Assembly (NCBI RefSeq): GCF_009914755.1
Contig: NC_060925.1
Reading direction: 5' to 3' (one strand)
Source: the human T2T-CHM13v2.0 reference genome, Homo sapiens
DNA length: 64,000 nucleotides
Below the pieces are notes generated by a model. The model was given only the letters and a program-made list of their open reading frames with translations, was not told where the DNA came from and ran no database searches. The position numbers were made by a program, and so were the translations under genes. Shown here in pieces: positions 44,661 to 60,514 of the stretch; the stretch's first letter is position 1, and the number at the start of each line of letters is the position of its first letter.

Positions 44661-45555
44661 TAGAACTGCAATTTTTCCTCCCACCTTTGACTCCTCACTC
44701 TGGGCATTCTCTGTAACCCTTCATGGCTCTATTTTAAAAAATCGTTTTTATTGAATTACTGTGTACATACACACAGTTATCCTACTTAATTTTCCCCCAT
44801 AGATCTGATCACCTTCTAAAAATCTGTATAACTTGTTTATAATGGCTAGCATGTAACCTCCACAAGGGCAGGGATTTGTGTCTGTTTTATCCATGGACAC
44901 ATCCCAGTGCCTGGCATATAGCAGCTCTCAGCTACTTATTGAAGGTTGGTGGGAAATTGCTGGCATCCAGTACTCTTTGCAGAGAATGAAGATGAACCTC
45001 CCTGACTTGACAGTTTCGTGGAGAACAACACAAGGCGCTGTATGAGTCAGTGCTAAGGGCTGTGGTAACGACAGCAGCACGTGCTGGGTGGGACCAGGAG
45101 CATGTCCCCAGAAGTCTGTGAGATCCAGGGAAGCCCTCCTAGAGGAGGTTAGTTGGCACTTCCATTTCTTTAGCTCCCCCATCAGCTGAGACAGCTCCTC
45201 CTGCCCTAATAGAGGGAAGGGTTCACTCTGTCAAACCCAGATACCTCCTGCTCTTTCTGCCCATTTCCTCTTGTTCTGCCCTCAGTGGGTCCTGTGGCGG
45301 TAACCGCACTAACCATTCCAGCCCATCTCATTCCTTACCCCACAGTCCCAGCAGGCTAAGTATGGGCTGCTGCAGACAAATTGCCCACAGGCTTGTGTAG
45401 CTTGGAAGGGGCAAGCAGCAGACAGCTTGCCCTTGGAGTAGGGTTGAACCCATGGATGCACATCCTGGCACTTGTCATGAAGCCCAACACATAGATGATG
45501 CTCAGTAAATATAGGATGAGTGGATGGATAAAGCTGAGAGTTAAAAGATGCCTGG

Positions 45556-45715
45556 AGGCCAGGTGCAATGGCTCATTTCTGTAATCTCAGTGCTTTAGGA
45601 AGCAGAGCAGGAGGATTGCTTGAGACCAGGAGTTCAAGGCTGCAGTAAGCTATGATAACCACCACTGCACTCCAGCCTGGGTGGCAGTGCCCTAAAAAAA
45701 AAAGAAGAAAAGAAA
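45556..45715 (+). mobile_element. Alu monomer (FRAM/AluJ-derived)
   Basis: Single-arm Alu; TSD-like aagatgc. Confidence 0.8.
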
Positions 45716-46732
45716 AATAAGATGCTCTGAGAAGACATTTAAATGACTCAGTCTCTGTCTAGACACAACAGTGGCATCATTTAAACAAATTTCTGTTTTT
45801 TTTTTTTTTTTACTTTACTATGTGTTTGTATTTAGCATTTTATTTTATGCCACTTTCCCCAAATGGAAGCTTGCGTGATTGTATTCTGTGTGGCACAAAA
45901 TCAAGGAAATAGGAAAATAACAATGAGAATGTAGGGAGAGGAGGATACATACCAAAAGCCCTCACTCAGTGGAGCCAAGTGGAGCTGAAACCCGGATAGT
46001 AAAACCTGCTGTTGTCTAGATGTTCAGACCCCTGCTCCTCCAATGAGCCATTCTGAGGACAACCCTGGGCCACAACCCTATTGTGGGGGTAGGAGTATAT
46101 TCCTTGGTCCTCAAGCTTATAGGAGAAGTGGAGTGTCACAATTCTTACGGGGTCCCAATTCCTCTCTGTATTTATATTAGTATCACATGTCCCTAAACAG
46201 GCATATTGAAGAGTAGGTTGAGACATGGGCATTCTGGGGTATATCTGAGTCACAGAATCTCAGGGCTGGAGGCCCACAAAAGGATACTTTTGTTTATTTC
46301 TCAAACTTTCTGAAATCATAGATCACCAAATCATAATATTTGCCATGCTCCACCCTTGCAAACTTTTTACTTAAAAGATATACTGACTCCAAACCTCTGA
46401 ATAGCCACATATAGAGCATAAACTAAGGGGATGGAATTGTTTTAGGTATTGTGGTTGCAAAAAGATAACATTTCATCAGTCTTCACTACCAGAACATAGA
46501 GAACTCTATTATTTTTCCCAATTCTAATAGCACACTTGCAATTGTTTTCATAGGATCTAGACTAGAGTTCCATGAACTCTATAATTGAAGTCACCAATCC
46601 CGGAATGTACTTACTCCTAAGAAGGAGTTCTGTAGCCACATTGGAAACCACACCCCTTTCTTCTTGATTTGTCCTCATAGGACATGAAGAGTGGTTGGTG
46701 ATGCCTCTTTAGATTCATTCAGTGATAACTTA

Positions 46733-47337
<605 letters not shown>

Positions 47338-47753
47338 CCCAGTATGGTCAACAACATGGTGCAGCTGCCACTAAAGGATCAGCGATAGTGGTGAGGCTGC
47401 ATCACAACAGATGATCCTGGAGAAGGAGGATGATCCTCCTAAGCTGCCTGGACCAGGCCAGCTCCAGGGGTGTCAGCAGGACTTGACTCCTCTGGCTTCC
47501 CTTGGCTCCATGACCTCACACTCCCATCTTCCCTTTCATCTTTCTGGCTGTTCCCCCTTGGTTTCCATTGCTGAGATCTCTTCCTCAACTCAACCATTAA
47601 ATGACTGTGTTCCTCAGTGGCTTAAACTTTCTCTTCTCATTCTATATATATATATATATTTTTTTTTGAGTTGGTATCCTCTCCCATGGCTTTAGTTATT
47701 TATATACTGATGACTCCAGAATCTTCTGGAGACATCTCCTGAAATCCAATTAG

Positions 47754-48123
<370 letters not shown>

Positions 48124-48163
48124 TAGTCCTTTTTAATTTAATCTAATTTAATTTTTGTTTTTT

Positions 48164-48275
48164 AAAGACTAGTCAAATGCAGTAGTGAGAAGCAGGAAAA
48201 GAGGATAACAAGGAGTTTGATCTGTAGCTGATAGTGAACAATCAATCGAGATAATGTACTACCTTTGGACCAGCC
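48164..48275 (-). pseudogene. Y RNA (RNY1-derived) processed pseudogene
   Basis: Reverse complement reads GGCTGGTCCAAAGGTAGT...ACAGATCAAACTCCTTGTT...CTCACTACTGCATTTGACTAGTCTTT, a full-length Y1 with substitutions; degenerate A-tail at ~48130-48163. Confidence 0.92.
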
Positions 48276-48979
48276 AATTCCCACCCCCTCTGCCCCGACA
48301 CTTTTTAATTTTTTTAACCTAGGCTTCCTTCAAGATTTCCAGCCTCAGTAGGTGGCACCACCATCTGTCCATTTGCCTATGAAATCCTTGGTTTCTTCCT
48401 TTCCTCCACTCCTCACATCCAGCCAGTCACCAAGTCTAATTGACTTTACATTTGAACTAGCTCACAAATGTGTCTACATAATGTCCTAGTTATTTTGACT
48501 ACCACTACCTTGGTTTCTGGCCACCCTCTGATTTTTTTTTTTTTTTTTTTTTGGCTTGGATTACTGTAACAGGTTTTGAAATGGTCTCCCAGATTCTGGT
48601 TTTATTCTCTTCAAATCCACTTTCCATACAGCAGCCTGAATGCAAATACAATCATATTATTTTCCTGCTTCAATCTCTCCAGTAGACTCCCACCCTCTTT
48701 AGGATATGAGTCAACCTCCCTAACATGGCCTGCTAGACACTGCAAGCTCTGACCCCAACTTACTTCTCGAGCCTCATTTCTCTTTATTCCCTCTTCTTTC
48801 TGTCACTTCCCCTGCCCCTTGCTTTCTCCCCCACATTTTTCACATGCTGTTCTTTCAGCCCAGCACACTGTTCCTCCCTTGCTTTACATAATTAACTGAC
48901 AGTCATAGTTCAGGTCTCAGCTTAAATGTCCTTTCTTCTAGGGAGGCCTTTCCTGATCCACAATTTGCTTGCTCCCATC

Positions 48980-49080
48980 AGTGCCTGGTCACCAAGTTGC
49001 ACAACTCCAAGGGGTGAAATTTGCATTGTATTATGTGTGAATGGTGCCCCTGAAATGGTGCAATGCACGAGCCAGCACAC
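48980..49080. mobile_element. MER91-like palindromic hAT-Tip100 MITE remnant
   Basis: ttgcacaactccaagggg ... tgtgaatggtgcccctgaaatggtgcaa. Confidence 0.55.
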
Positions 49081-51494
49081 TTTGTTCCTCACTGTCACTG
49101 TTTAATTATCTTCCCTCCTGGACTGCAAGCTCCAAGTCAGATTCTCCGATGTAAGTCTTGTATAAAGTAAGAACTCAATCAATATTTGTTGAATCAATAA
49201 ATGAGATCTTAACAGAGAAATGGCTAATTGGAATGTGCACAAGAAATATGAAACAAATTTCTGGAACCCTCCCCTCTTACAGAATAATTTAAGTAATTGA
49301 AGATATTTAGTTTGGACAAATGAAGATTTAGAACAGATATAATAGCTGCTTTCAATATTTGTAGGGCTAGTGTGTGAAAATAGAATACATTTATTCTTTT
49401 TTTATCCCAGAAAGATAAATAAAAGAGCTGAAGACAGGTTATAGGGAAGCAAATTGGGGCCTGATAATAAAATTGAAATAAACTTCCAACCCTGAGAGTT
49501 GTCCAGAAATGAAACAGATGGCACCCAAAGTAATGAGTTCTGCTTCACTGCAAAGATTGAAGTCTGTAGGATCGAACTCCATCTGTAGGATCATTGAGGG
49601 CAGCAGCTGGACAAGAGAGCTTTTGAGGCTCTAACTCAAAATTTTATCGTGATTGTATGGCTGTGGGGAAAGTTTACTTTCTACTTAAACTCAAGCATTT
49701 ATGTAATGCCTCTGTGTGTTGGTCATCACTGGAAACATGCAGAGGTCTGCACTCATCCCTGTGCTCAAAGGTGCACAGCCAGGTTGGAGGCACAGTGTCA
49801 AGTTCACAATCTGAAGGCAGAAACTTGCAGAGTATCGAGTGTCTAAAAGTTCAGTACAGAGTGTGGTCTGGCGTTATGCTGGAAGGCGTCACAGAAGAGA
49901 AGGGGCTTGAAAACGGTCACAGTGGATGGGCAAGAGCTGGAGAGGAGGGTCCACTTCAGGAGGAAGAGGCTGATGGTGGAGCCTGCAAGAGAAGCAGACG
50001 TGGCCAGTACACAGCCGGCGTGCCTCACACCTTTCATTTACAGCCTCGGAGTCTGCAGTGGGCTTTGCAGCGCTCTGGTTTCCCTAGCTGAAACCAATGA
50101 GGAAGATGGGATGGGGCTGGCCTGAGAATTTGCTAAAATGCAGGAGTCATGTCCTGTGGTGAAAGGGAATGAACTCCTCGTCTATCCTGAACTCCTTTAA
50201 ATATTCGGGGTACACTGTGTGAGTCGGAGATGACTTAGCTGCTCAGAAGAAGGAAGGGAGTAAGGGAAGCCTTGGATCAAAGGTGCCCAACAGTTTATAG
50301 CCTCAGACTTCATGTGTCTATTTTGTACATCTTTTGGCTGCAAGCAACTGAAAACCCAATTACCAATGACTTAAAGGAAAAATTATTATCTTACATATTG
50401 AAAATGCTGAGGTAGTTCTGATCTTGGATTGGTTAATTCATGGGTTTAACAAAAACATCAATGTCCTACTTCTTTCTGTTATTTCGTTTGTTGCTTTCCA
50501 CATGTTGATTTATCCTCTTTGGCTGAGTCCCCTCATGGTTCCCAGAAGACTTTGGCAATTCCAGGCTTCAAATGTGGACATTTAGAGGCAGAAAAAAAGC
50601 CTAGTTTCCTTGCTTTTAAGAGTAAGAAAATATTTCCTGATACTCCTTCGGTCCTGGAGAGACTCAGACCTCTCTCCATGTTTTGTTATCCAGGTTATAT
50701 CACAAACCCATTCCTAAATCAGTCACTGGACAGGCGAATTACCATGGAAGGGGCGCACTTCCCCTGAAGCACATGGATGCCCGATACCTGAACAAAATCA
50801 GGATTTGTTATCATGAGAGAGAAGGATGTCATGTTTTCTCTTGAGTTAGGATGCTAAGTTCTTCAGGTATAATGGAGACGAGGGTAGAGATGACCTGGCC
50901 AGTACTATTTGCCTTACCTGAGCTGGGGGTCCCAGTCAGGATATGCTGGCTGTGCTGGGGTAGCTGTGGTTGGTTCCTTGGTGGAGACTGAGATTCTCAC
51001 TGGAGCAGTAGGTTGTGGGTTCAACCAGATGACCTTTAAGGCAACTTACAATCCTTACCACGAGCCTGGTATTGTGCTGGGCCCACAGCACAGTATCTCT
51101 TACAATCTTCATCTCAGATCTGCAAGTGAAGAATTATTATTCCTATCTTCAGGTAAGGGATTAAAATTATGTAACTTTCCCAAGGTCAATAGTAAGTGAG
51201 AGTGGGAATATGAAATCTGGTTAGTCCACGTATAACATAAGTGTTTGTCCAGTGTATGTCTCACTATGTCTTTCTTCCAACTTAAAATCTTCCATGAGTC
51301 TGGAACAAGCCTGGGAGTGTGGCTTAGACCTGTACTTATCAAACTCTCTTTGGCTAAGAGCCAGATTTTTTAAAAATTTTAATCCATTATGGATCAAAAT
51401 TTTTTGTAAAATATAAAAAAAGAAATACTTGGAAAATGAAATGAAAATATAATAAAGATATACAAAATACAAGCCCTGTTTTAAATTATTTAAT

Positions 51495-51498
<4 letters not shown>

Positions 51499-51542
<44 letters not shown>
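51499..51542. repeat. (CA)n microsatellite
   Basis: About 22 pure units. Confidence 0.95.
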
Positions 51543-51544
<2 letters not shown>

Positions 51545-51873
51545 TAATCTGTCAAATTTCTATAAGATTTTCCAAACTCTTAATTTCTGTACTTACCTTG
51601 CCACAAGCTGGCAACAAACAGATCATGGACCAGCCCTGGACTTCAGCCCACACTGAGTAGCACTGATTCAGACAGCTTTCTGCCTCCATCCTCTTCCCTG
51701 GACTGCAACTAAAGATATTCAATGATCGGATGCCTCTGCCGAGGTGACAGTGGGAGAATTACTGGTTGTAATGTTAAGGCAAACATCAGAGGAAGAGATT
51801 AGATTTTGCCCTGTTGTTTTCATAGGAACTTCTGTTTTCTTTCTTCCTTTCTTTTTTCTTTTTTTTTTTTTTT

Positions 51874-52451
51874 AGAAGAAGAAAATTTTATTATTCAGTA
51901 AGCATTAACTAGAACGGGATGTTTGTCATAGGCAATTTGCACATAGATTGCAAAGTCAGAAAACAAAATTCACCCTTCTATACAGACAAGCCCATACAAT
52001 CCTTTTTCCATACACGTTCTCAAGATAAACATGACTAGTCCTCAACTTGACTAGTCCTCAAGTAAGACGACTTGACTGCACTATTTGTTACACATCCTAG
52101 ATTCACCTGCTAGCAGGGGTGACCGTCTATGTTTGCTAATTGGATTTATCCAAAGGAAAAATAAATTTCTTCATATTTTTGTGACAAGAGGTGAGTTTTG
52201 GAGAGAGGTGCCTGCCCACGTTAGGCTCCTACTCTCCGGAAGAGACGGGAAGTAGGGGCACTGTCTTCCTTAATGATTGCATTTCAAAGAGATGGCTCCC
52301 GGGTACTTGAGAAAGACATTCCTGAAGGGAAGAAAGCTGGCAAGAGGCTTATTTACCTTTTAAAAAGATTTACATAATTTCAAACAGGTAGAGAAAGAAC
52401 TTAAAATTACAAGTTTTCTAAAGTAAATGCTCACAGGGAAAGTTAAGCCTC
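51874..52451 (-). mobile_element. ERV1-class LTR fragment (U3-R, ending at its AATAAA plus poly(A)); family uncertain
   Basis: Resembles recalled MER39/MER93-class LTRs; minus-strand AATAAA at 51887-51892, followed 13 nt later by a poly(A) tract. Confidence 0.55.
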
Positions 52452-53318
<867 letters not shown>

Positions 53319-53724
53319 CTCCTAGGAAACAATTTCTTGATGGTGATTTTCCATCTTTTTGCTGTGTAGGAAAGAGATTGAGCTCCATGGTAATATGTGA
53401 GAGAGAAGAGACTCAAGGGACTAAGAACCTGTACCACAAAAGGAAGGTCTGTTTTGGAGATTTGCTGGAGCTTCCCCATTGGATGTGTCATTGAATGATG
53501 ATTCATCCTGGCCAAAAATAAAAGCTTCTTAAGCTGGGTGACTCTAAGTTTGTGTGTGGTTTACGCTTGGACATGCGTTACTTTTATGACATAAAAGTGA
53601 CTTCAATCTGGTAAGATATATTTATAAACATAGAGGTCCTTTCATTTATTAGGAAATTCCAATTGTGTTACGGGGTCTTCCCAAGAGATCTAAATCTATT
53701 CTCCTCTAAGATTTAGGAAATCTA

Positions 53725-54006
53725 AGCCGGGCATGGTGTCACTCCTGTAGTCCAAACACCTTGGAAGGCCGAGACGGGTGGATCACTCAAGGCCAGGAGT
53801 TTGAGGCCAGCCTGGCCAACGTGGTGAAAGCCTGTCTCTACTAAAAATAGAAAAATTAGCCAGGTGTGGTGGCATGCACCTGTAATCCCAGCTACTTGGG
53901 AGGCTGAGACATGGGAATCACTTGAACCTGGGAGGCAGAGGTTGGAATGAACCACTACACTCCAGCCTGGGTGACAGAGTGAGACTGTCAAAAAAAAAAA
54001 AAAAAA
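53725..54006 (+). mobile_element. Alu (S-like)
   Basis: Dimeric Alu with A-tail; TSD-like gaaatct. Confidence 0.9.
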
Positions 54007-55828
54007 AGTTTGAAGAAATCTGGAATGATCATTTGTCCAGTATATGAAACTCTGAGAATACTACACATGTGGAAGCTAGAATCTATCAGAAATTCCAGGA
54101 TGCTCAAATATCTTCTCCCTCTCTTCTTCATTCACAAATGATTTGAACACTTATATTTTTCCTTCTACTGCTTTCTACTGATTTTCCTTCTACTGCTGTG
54201 AGTCTGATGGGCTTCAATACCATTGTGGTTGACTTATCCAAATGTGACTTTTCAATTCTGTGACTTTTATATCTCCAATGACCTTTTCTTTGCCTCTACA
54301 CAGCAATTTGCTCTAACGGTTACAGCCTGGATTTTGTTATTCCTCAAAATGATACCACCTCCAAAAATCCCTTCATTTGAGCATTCCATTCTCTTGCCAC
54401 AGCCTCCTCTCTTTAGTGATTCAGATACTCCCACTACAACTCTTCCTTGACCTCATGATCAACATGCTTCCTTTTCTTTTTTCAGCTCTCTCCTGCCTTT
54501 ATTTCCTGCATTATTGAACTTAGACTGCTTGGTTCATCTTTTCATTCAGGCTCTTAGCTATACAGACATACCTTAGAGATATTGTGGATTTGGTTCCAGA
54601 CCACTGCAAGACAGTGAATATCACAACAAAGCCAGTCCCACAAATTTTTTGGTTTCCCAGTGTATGTAAAAGTTATGTTTATACTAGACTGTAGTCTATT
54701 AAGTGTGCAATAGCAGTATGCCTAAAAAAGTACATCAATATACATATCTTATTTGAAAATACTTTATTGCTAAAAATGCTAATGATCACATGAACCTTCA
54801 GTGAGTTGTAATCTTTTTGCTGGTGGAGGGTCTCACCTTGATGTTGATGGCTGCTGATTAAGGTGGTGGTTGCTGAAGGCTGAGGTGGTTGTAGCAATTT
54901 CTTAAAATAGACAGCAGTGAAGTTTGCTGGATTGATTGACTCTTTCACAACAGATTTCTCTGTAGCATGTGACGCTGTTTGATAGCATTTTGCCTACAGT
55001 GGAACATCTTTCAAAAGTGGAGTCAGTTCTCTCAGGCCTGTCTGCTGCTTTACCAATTATGTTTATGGAGTACTCTAAATGTTTTGTTGTCATTTCAACA
55101 ATATTCACAGCATCTTCCCCAGGAGTAGATTCCCTCTTAGTAACCACTTTCCTTGCTCATTCATAAGAAGCAACTCTTCATCTGTTCAAGTTTGATCATG
55201 AGATTGCAGCAACTCAGTCACATATTTTCAGTCTGCATTTCTAGTTCTCTTGCTATTTCCACCACATCTGCAGTGATTTCCTCCACTGAAGTCTTGAACT
55301 CCTCAAAGTCATTCATGAGGGTTGAAATTAACTTCTTCCAAACTTCTGCTAAAGTTGATATTTTGACCTTCTCCCATGAATCACGAGTGTTCTTAATGGC
55401 ATCTAGAATGGTGAATCTTTTCCAGAATGGTTTCAATTTACCTTTCCCACACCCATCAAAGGAATCATTATGGCAGCTATAGCCTCACACAATGCATTTC
55501 TTAAATAATAAGACTTAAAAGCCAAAATTACTCCCTGATCCAGGGGCTGCAGAGTAGATGTTAGCAGGCAGGAAAACAACATTCACCTTTTTGTAAATCT
55601 CCATCAGAGCTCTTGGGTGACCAGGAGCATTGTCAATGAGCAGTAATATTTTGAAAAACATCTTTTTTCTGAGCAGTAGATCTCAACAGTGGGCTTAAAA
55701 TATTAAGTAAACCATGCTGTAAAGAGATGTATTGTCATCTTGGCTTTATTGTTCCATTGATAGAGCATAGGCAGAGTAGAATTAGTATAATTATTAAGGG
55801 TCCTAGGATTTTTAGAATGGTAAATGCC

Positions 55829-56107
<279 letters not shown>

Positions 56108-56912
56108 TTAGAGTCACCAGCTGCATCAGCCCCTAACAAGACAGTAAGCCTGTCCTTGGAAGCTTTGAAGTTAGGCATTGACTTCTTTCTAGCTATGAAA
56201 GCCCTAGATGACATTTTCTTCCAATATAAGAATGTTTTATCTACATTGAAAATCCATTCTTTAATGTAGCCACTTTTATCCATGATCTTAGCTAGATCTT
56301 CTGTTTAATTTGCTGCAGCTTCTACGTTAGCACTTGCTGTTTCACCTTGTACTTTTACGTTAAGAAGATGGTTCTTTTTCCTTAAACCTCATGAACCAAC
56401 TACTCATAGCTTCCAACTTCTCTTCTGCAGCTTCTTCTAATCCAGAGCAAGGACCTTGAATTGAAGAGAGTGAGGGCCTTACTCTGGATTATGCTTTGAC
56501 TTAAGGGAGTGTTGTGGTGGATTTGATCTATCCAGATCCCTCAAACTTTCTCTGTATCAGCAATAAGGCTGTTTCACTGACTTACCATCTGTGTATTCAG
56601 TGGAGTATCACTTTTAATTTCCTTCAGAAACTTTTCCTTCACATTTACTGGCTGTTTGGTACAAAAGCCCTAGCTTTTGGCCTGTCTCAGCTTTCAACAT
56701 GCCTTCCTCACTAAGCTTAATCATCTCTAGGTTTTAATTTGAAGTAAGAGATGTGTGAGTCTTCCTTCTCCTTGAACACTTAGAGACCATTGTAGGATTA
56801 TTATTTGGCCTAATTTCAATATTGTTACATCTCAAATAATAGAGAGGTCCTAGGAGAAGGAGAGAGCTGGAAGAGCAGGCAGTTGGTGGAGAAGTCAGAG
56901 CACATACAACAT

Positions 56913-57555
56913 AAATGAAATGTGAAATTACTTTCTAAACCCCATGGAGGGAAATGAACAATTCCCTTTTCCCCTAAAATAATGCTACTAAAGCAATTAG
57001 ACTTAGTCTAGACAAGACAGAAGATGTATAAGTGAAACATTAGAAGATCCTTAAATGAAGAGTGAATTGTAGTTGTTGGTGAAAAACAAGATTAATTTTA
57101 TATTTGCTACCATAAAGTTTTTGTGTATCACTTATATCAATAATGTTATCAAAAGCTTACAAAAACAAAAATAGATTTACTTTTTAAAATGTTGTTTTAA
57201 TTTTAGAGAAAATTGTCTATTTAAATTGAGTGAAACTGCATGCGACATATGAACAAAAGTGACAGTTCAATACAACATAAGAAAATCAGAGCAAGGAAAA
57301 TATTTTTCTGACTTTGAAGGCAAAAATTCATGCACAAATAATCCTCAAACTAATTTCAATAGAACCTATTTTCTGCTCATTATAGAACAAGCCATAATCT
57401 CAACAGTAGAGAGATTTGAACAAATTGGTAACTTTGAAATAATTTAAGATGTAGCATATGGTTCTAGATATTGCTTTAAGAGATAAAAATTACAATATAA
57501 GTGATAGCAATTTATAGGATGAAATTAAAGCATTTTATATTTTGTGCGAGAAAAT
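56913..57555 (+). mobile_element. hAT-Tip100 (Zaphod-like) transposase internal fragment, degenerate, no TIRs
   Basis: Broken translation gives NVKLLSK, ATKAIRL, DP*MKSE, NNVIKSLQ, YFLLIIEQAIISTVERFEQ in the motif order of hAT-Tip100/ZMYM1-like transposases. Confidence 0.7.
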
Positions 57556-58344
57556 AGAATACACATGACATTGATCAGTTAAGTTCTCTGTCTTATATGG
57601 ACACAGTTTGTGGTGCCCCAAAACAACTACAGTATTAGCATCAAAGATCACTGGTCACAGGACATCACAACAGACTGAATAATCATGAAAACTTTGGAAT
57701 ATTCTGAGAATTACCAAAATGTGACACAGAGACACAAAGTGAGCACATGCTGTTGGAAAAATAGTGTCGATAGACTTGCTCGTCATGGATTGCCACGAAC
57801 CTTCAATTTATGAAAAAACCCTGCATTATCTACAAAGCACAATAAAGTGAAGTGTAATAAAATGAGGTACACTTGTACTCTCAACTCCTCCTCCTCGTCT
57901 TTTTGTTATACTCACGGGGCAAAACAATTCTGCCTTCTATGTATTGCTCCCCCGGCTGCCAAAAGAATCCTGAGAAAAATGATATAGTCTGGCAGACCAT
58001 TTCAATTCATGATCACCTACCTCAACTGAGCTCAACACTGCCTGGGAATCTACTACATTTCTCTAGAGTCGTTTGTCTTCCGTGTCTCTGCAAACATCAT
58101 TTCAAACCTTTGTTTCTCTCCTTAAACCGCCCTGCATTCTCTCCTTATTCATTCTCTTAAGAGTAAATATAAGTCATCTGATGAAATTAACCTCAACTTC
58201 CTGCCAACGATTCTTCAAACCAACCTGCTTCTGTACCCACCGTCTCTACTTTCTTCCTGTTATTATTCAGAGGAGGTGCCCTCTTCATTTCAAAGGTAGT
58301 TCTTTGCTCTGCCTGCATCCCACCCCGTCCTGCTTTCTGAGTAA

Positions 58345-58762
<418 letters not shown>

Positions 58763-60142
58763 CATTTTTTCACCTCCTATTTCATGTGCAACCATCCGTC
58801 TTCCATCCCTACCGCTCTACATCCCTACAGCTCTACATCCTTACAGCTCTTCTTGATAAAATCAACAGTGCCTTTCATGTGTTCCATGCACTAGGGGCTC
58901 TTTTGCCTTGATTTTACTTGACGTTTTGATAGCATTTGATCTAGCTGACCATTCTCTTTCTCGAAATAGTTTCTTTCCTTGTCCTCAGGGATGCCACTCT
59001 CTTCTGGTGTTTCTTTTTATCGCTCAGGCCACTCTTTAATGAGTCTCTTTGACAGCTTCTCCTGCTCTGGCTTATGAATATCTGGGTTCTTCAGAGCTTG
59101 GTTCTGGGCTCTCTTCTCTTCCATTCTGCACTGTTTTCCCTTGGTAATCTTACCCACTCCCACGATTTTACTCACCATCTTTGTATCAATGACCCCCACA
59201 TAGTGATCTCCAGACTCAATCTTGATGTCCATCTGACCACGTGTATATTTTCACTTAAAGACTCAGAGGCACCTCCAACTCAGCAGGACCAGTGTAGACC
59301 AGATCACCTTCCCCTTCAAACTTGCTGCTTCTCCACCCAGCTGCTCAGACAAGAGATGAGGGTTCACCTTGGCCGTCGCCCACTCTCACCATTCTGACCT
59401 AAATAATTGCAGACTATTTGAAACCTTGCACTTCTCTCAATTCCTGTTTATTACCACCTTAGTCCAGAACACAATTTCTTCCTGTCTGGACTGGAAGCAA
59501 ATGGCTCCTAAATGGTCTCATACAGAAGGTATATATTATCCTCTCTGTTTAATAGCCTTCAATGGCTTCCCTTTGCTCTTAGAGTCTAAATTTTTGACCA
59601 TAGCCTACCATCCCTGAGTGATCAGACCCATGCCCACTTCTTCAAGCTCGTCTTAAATCTCTCCCCATCACATATAATGTCCCTTACTCTCTGTGATTCA
59701 TCTTTTAGTTTCTCAAAGAGTTTAAGTTTCTTCTTGCCTCAGGGCCTCAGAACATGAGATGGGATGGAGAAGTCAGAGAGCTGTGAAGAGAGCCCAGGGT
59801 CCAGCTGGGTCGTGAATTGGTACAAATTTACCTTTGCTCCAGAGATAAACCCCTTCTCCCCCGTTCTTTGCTGTTCTTAGTGGTCTTTAAATCTGCAAAA
59901 TGCTCTGCTTCTTACCACCTCTCTCTTCATTGGGCCAGCTCCTGCTCATCCTTCATGTCCAGTTGAATGTTACCATCTCATGAAAGCATCCCCTAGCCCT
60001 GAGTCTAGGTTAGTTGCTTTCTGAAATCTCACACTTCTAATTAATAGAAATAATCATGATTATAATAACATTATATAGTTAACTTTATAATATCTGTTTC
60101 CTCAACTAGCTATTAAATCCGTGTAGCTGGAGCCAGGATTGG

Positions 60143-60235
60143 TGGGAGGCTGAGGAAGGAGGATCACTTGCACCTAGGAGTTCAAATCCAGCCTGGGCAA
60201 CATAGTGAGACCCCCATCTCTATTTAAAAAATTAA
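60143..60235 (+). mobile_element. FLAM-like Alu monomer fragment
   Basis: gggaggctgagg..ggaggatcacttg...ccagcctgggcaacatagtgagaccc. Confidence 0.8.
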
Positions 60236-60386
60236 AAGAAATCCACGAGGGCAAGGATTATGTCTGTCTTATTCACTGCTTTTTCTTCGACACCCAGCAT
60301 AGTACCTGGAGCATAATAAGTTCTGAGTGAATAAGTGTGTATCTTGTAAAACCTCTGGCTTGGCTTGCCTCCAAGCCAGAGGTTTG

Positions 60387-60514
60387 GAGACTCCTTTCCA
60401 AAAAAAAAAAAAAAAAAAAAAAGAAAAAGAAAAAGATGTAATAGATGACTGCCAAATAGAACTCTGATTGACATGAGGCAACCTGTCTTTCCACACAAAG
60501 TGGATGACTCCATC
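60387..60514 (+). repeat. Diverged local copy of 62290-62420 (Alu 3' tip, A-tail, TSD and unique flank)
   Basis: gagactcctt..c(A)n..aaagatgtaatagat...cacacaaagtggatgactccatc present at both loci. Confidence 0.9.

Noticed and set aside
57259-57447. 62-aa ORF with a ZMYM1/hAT-like motif
   Set aside because: It is part of a degenerate transposase fragment with in-frame stops upstream. It is reported as a mobile-element remnant, not a gene.
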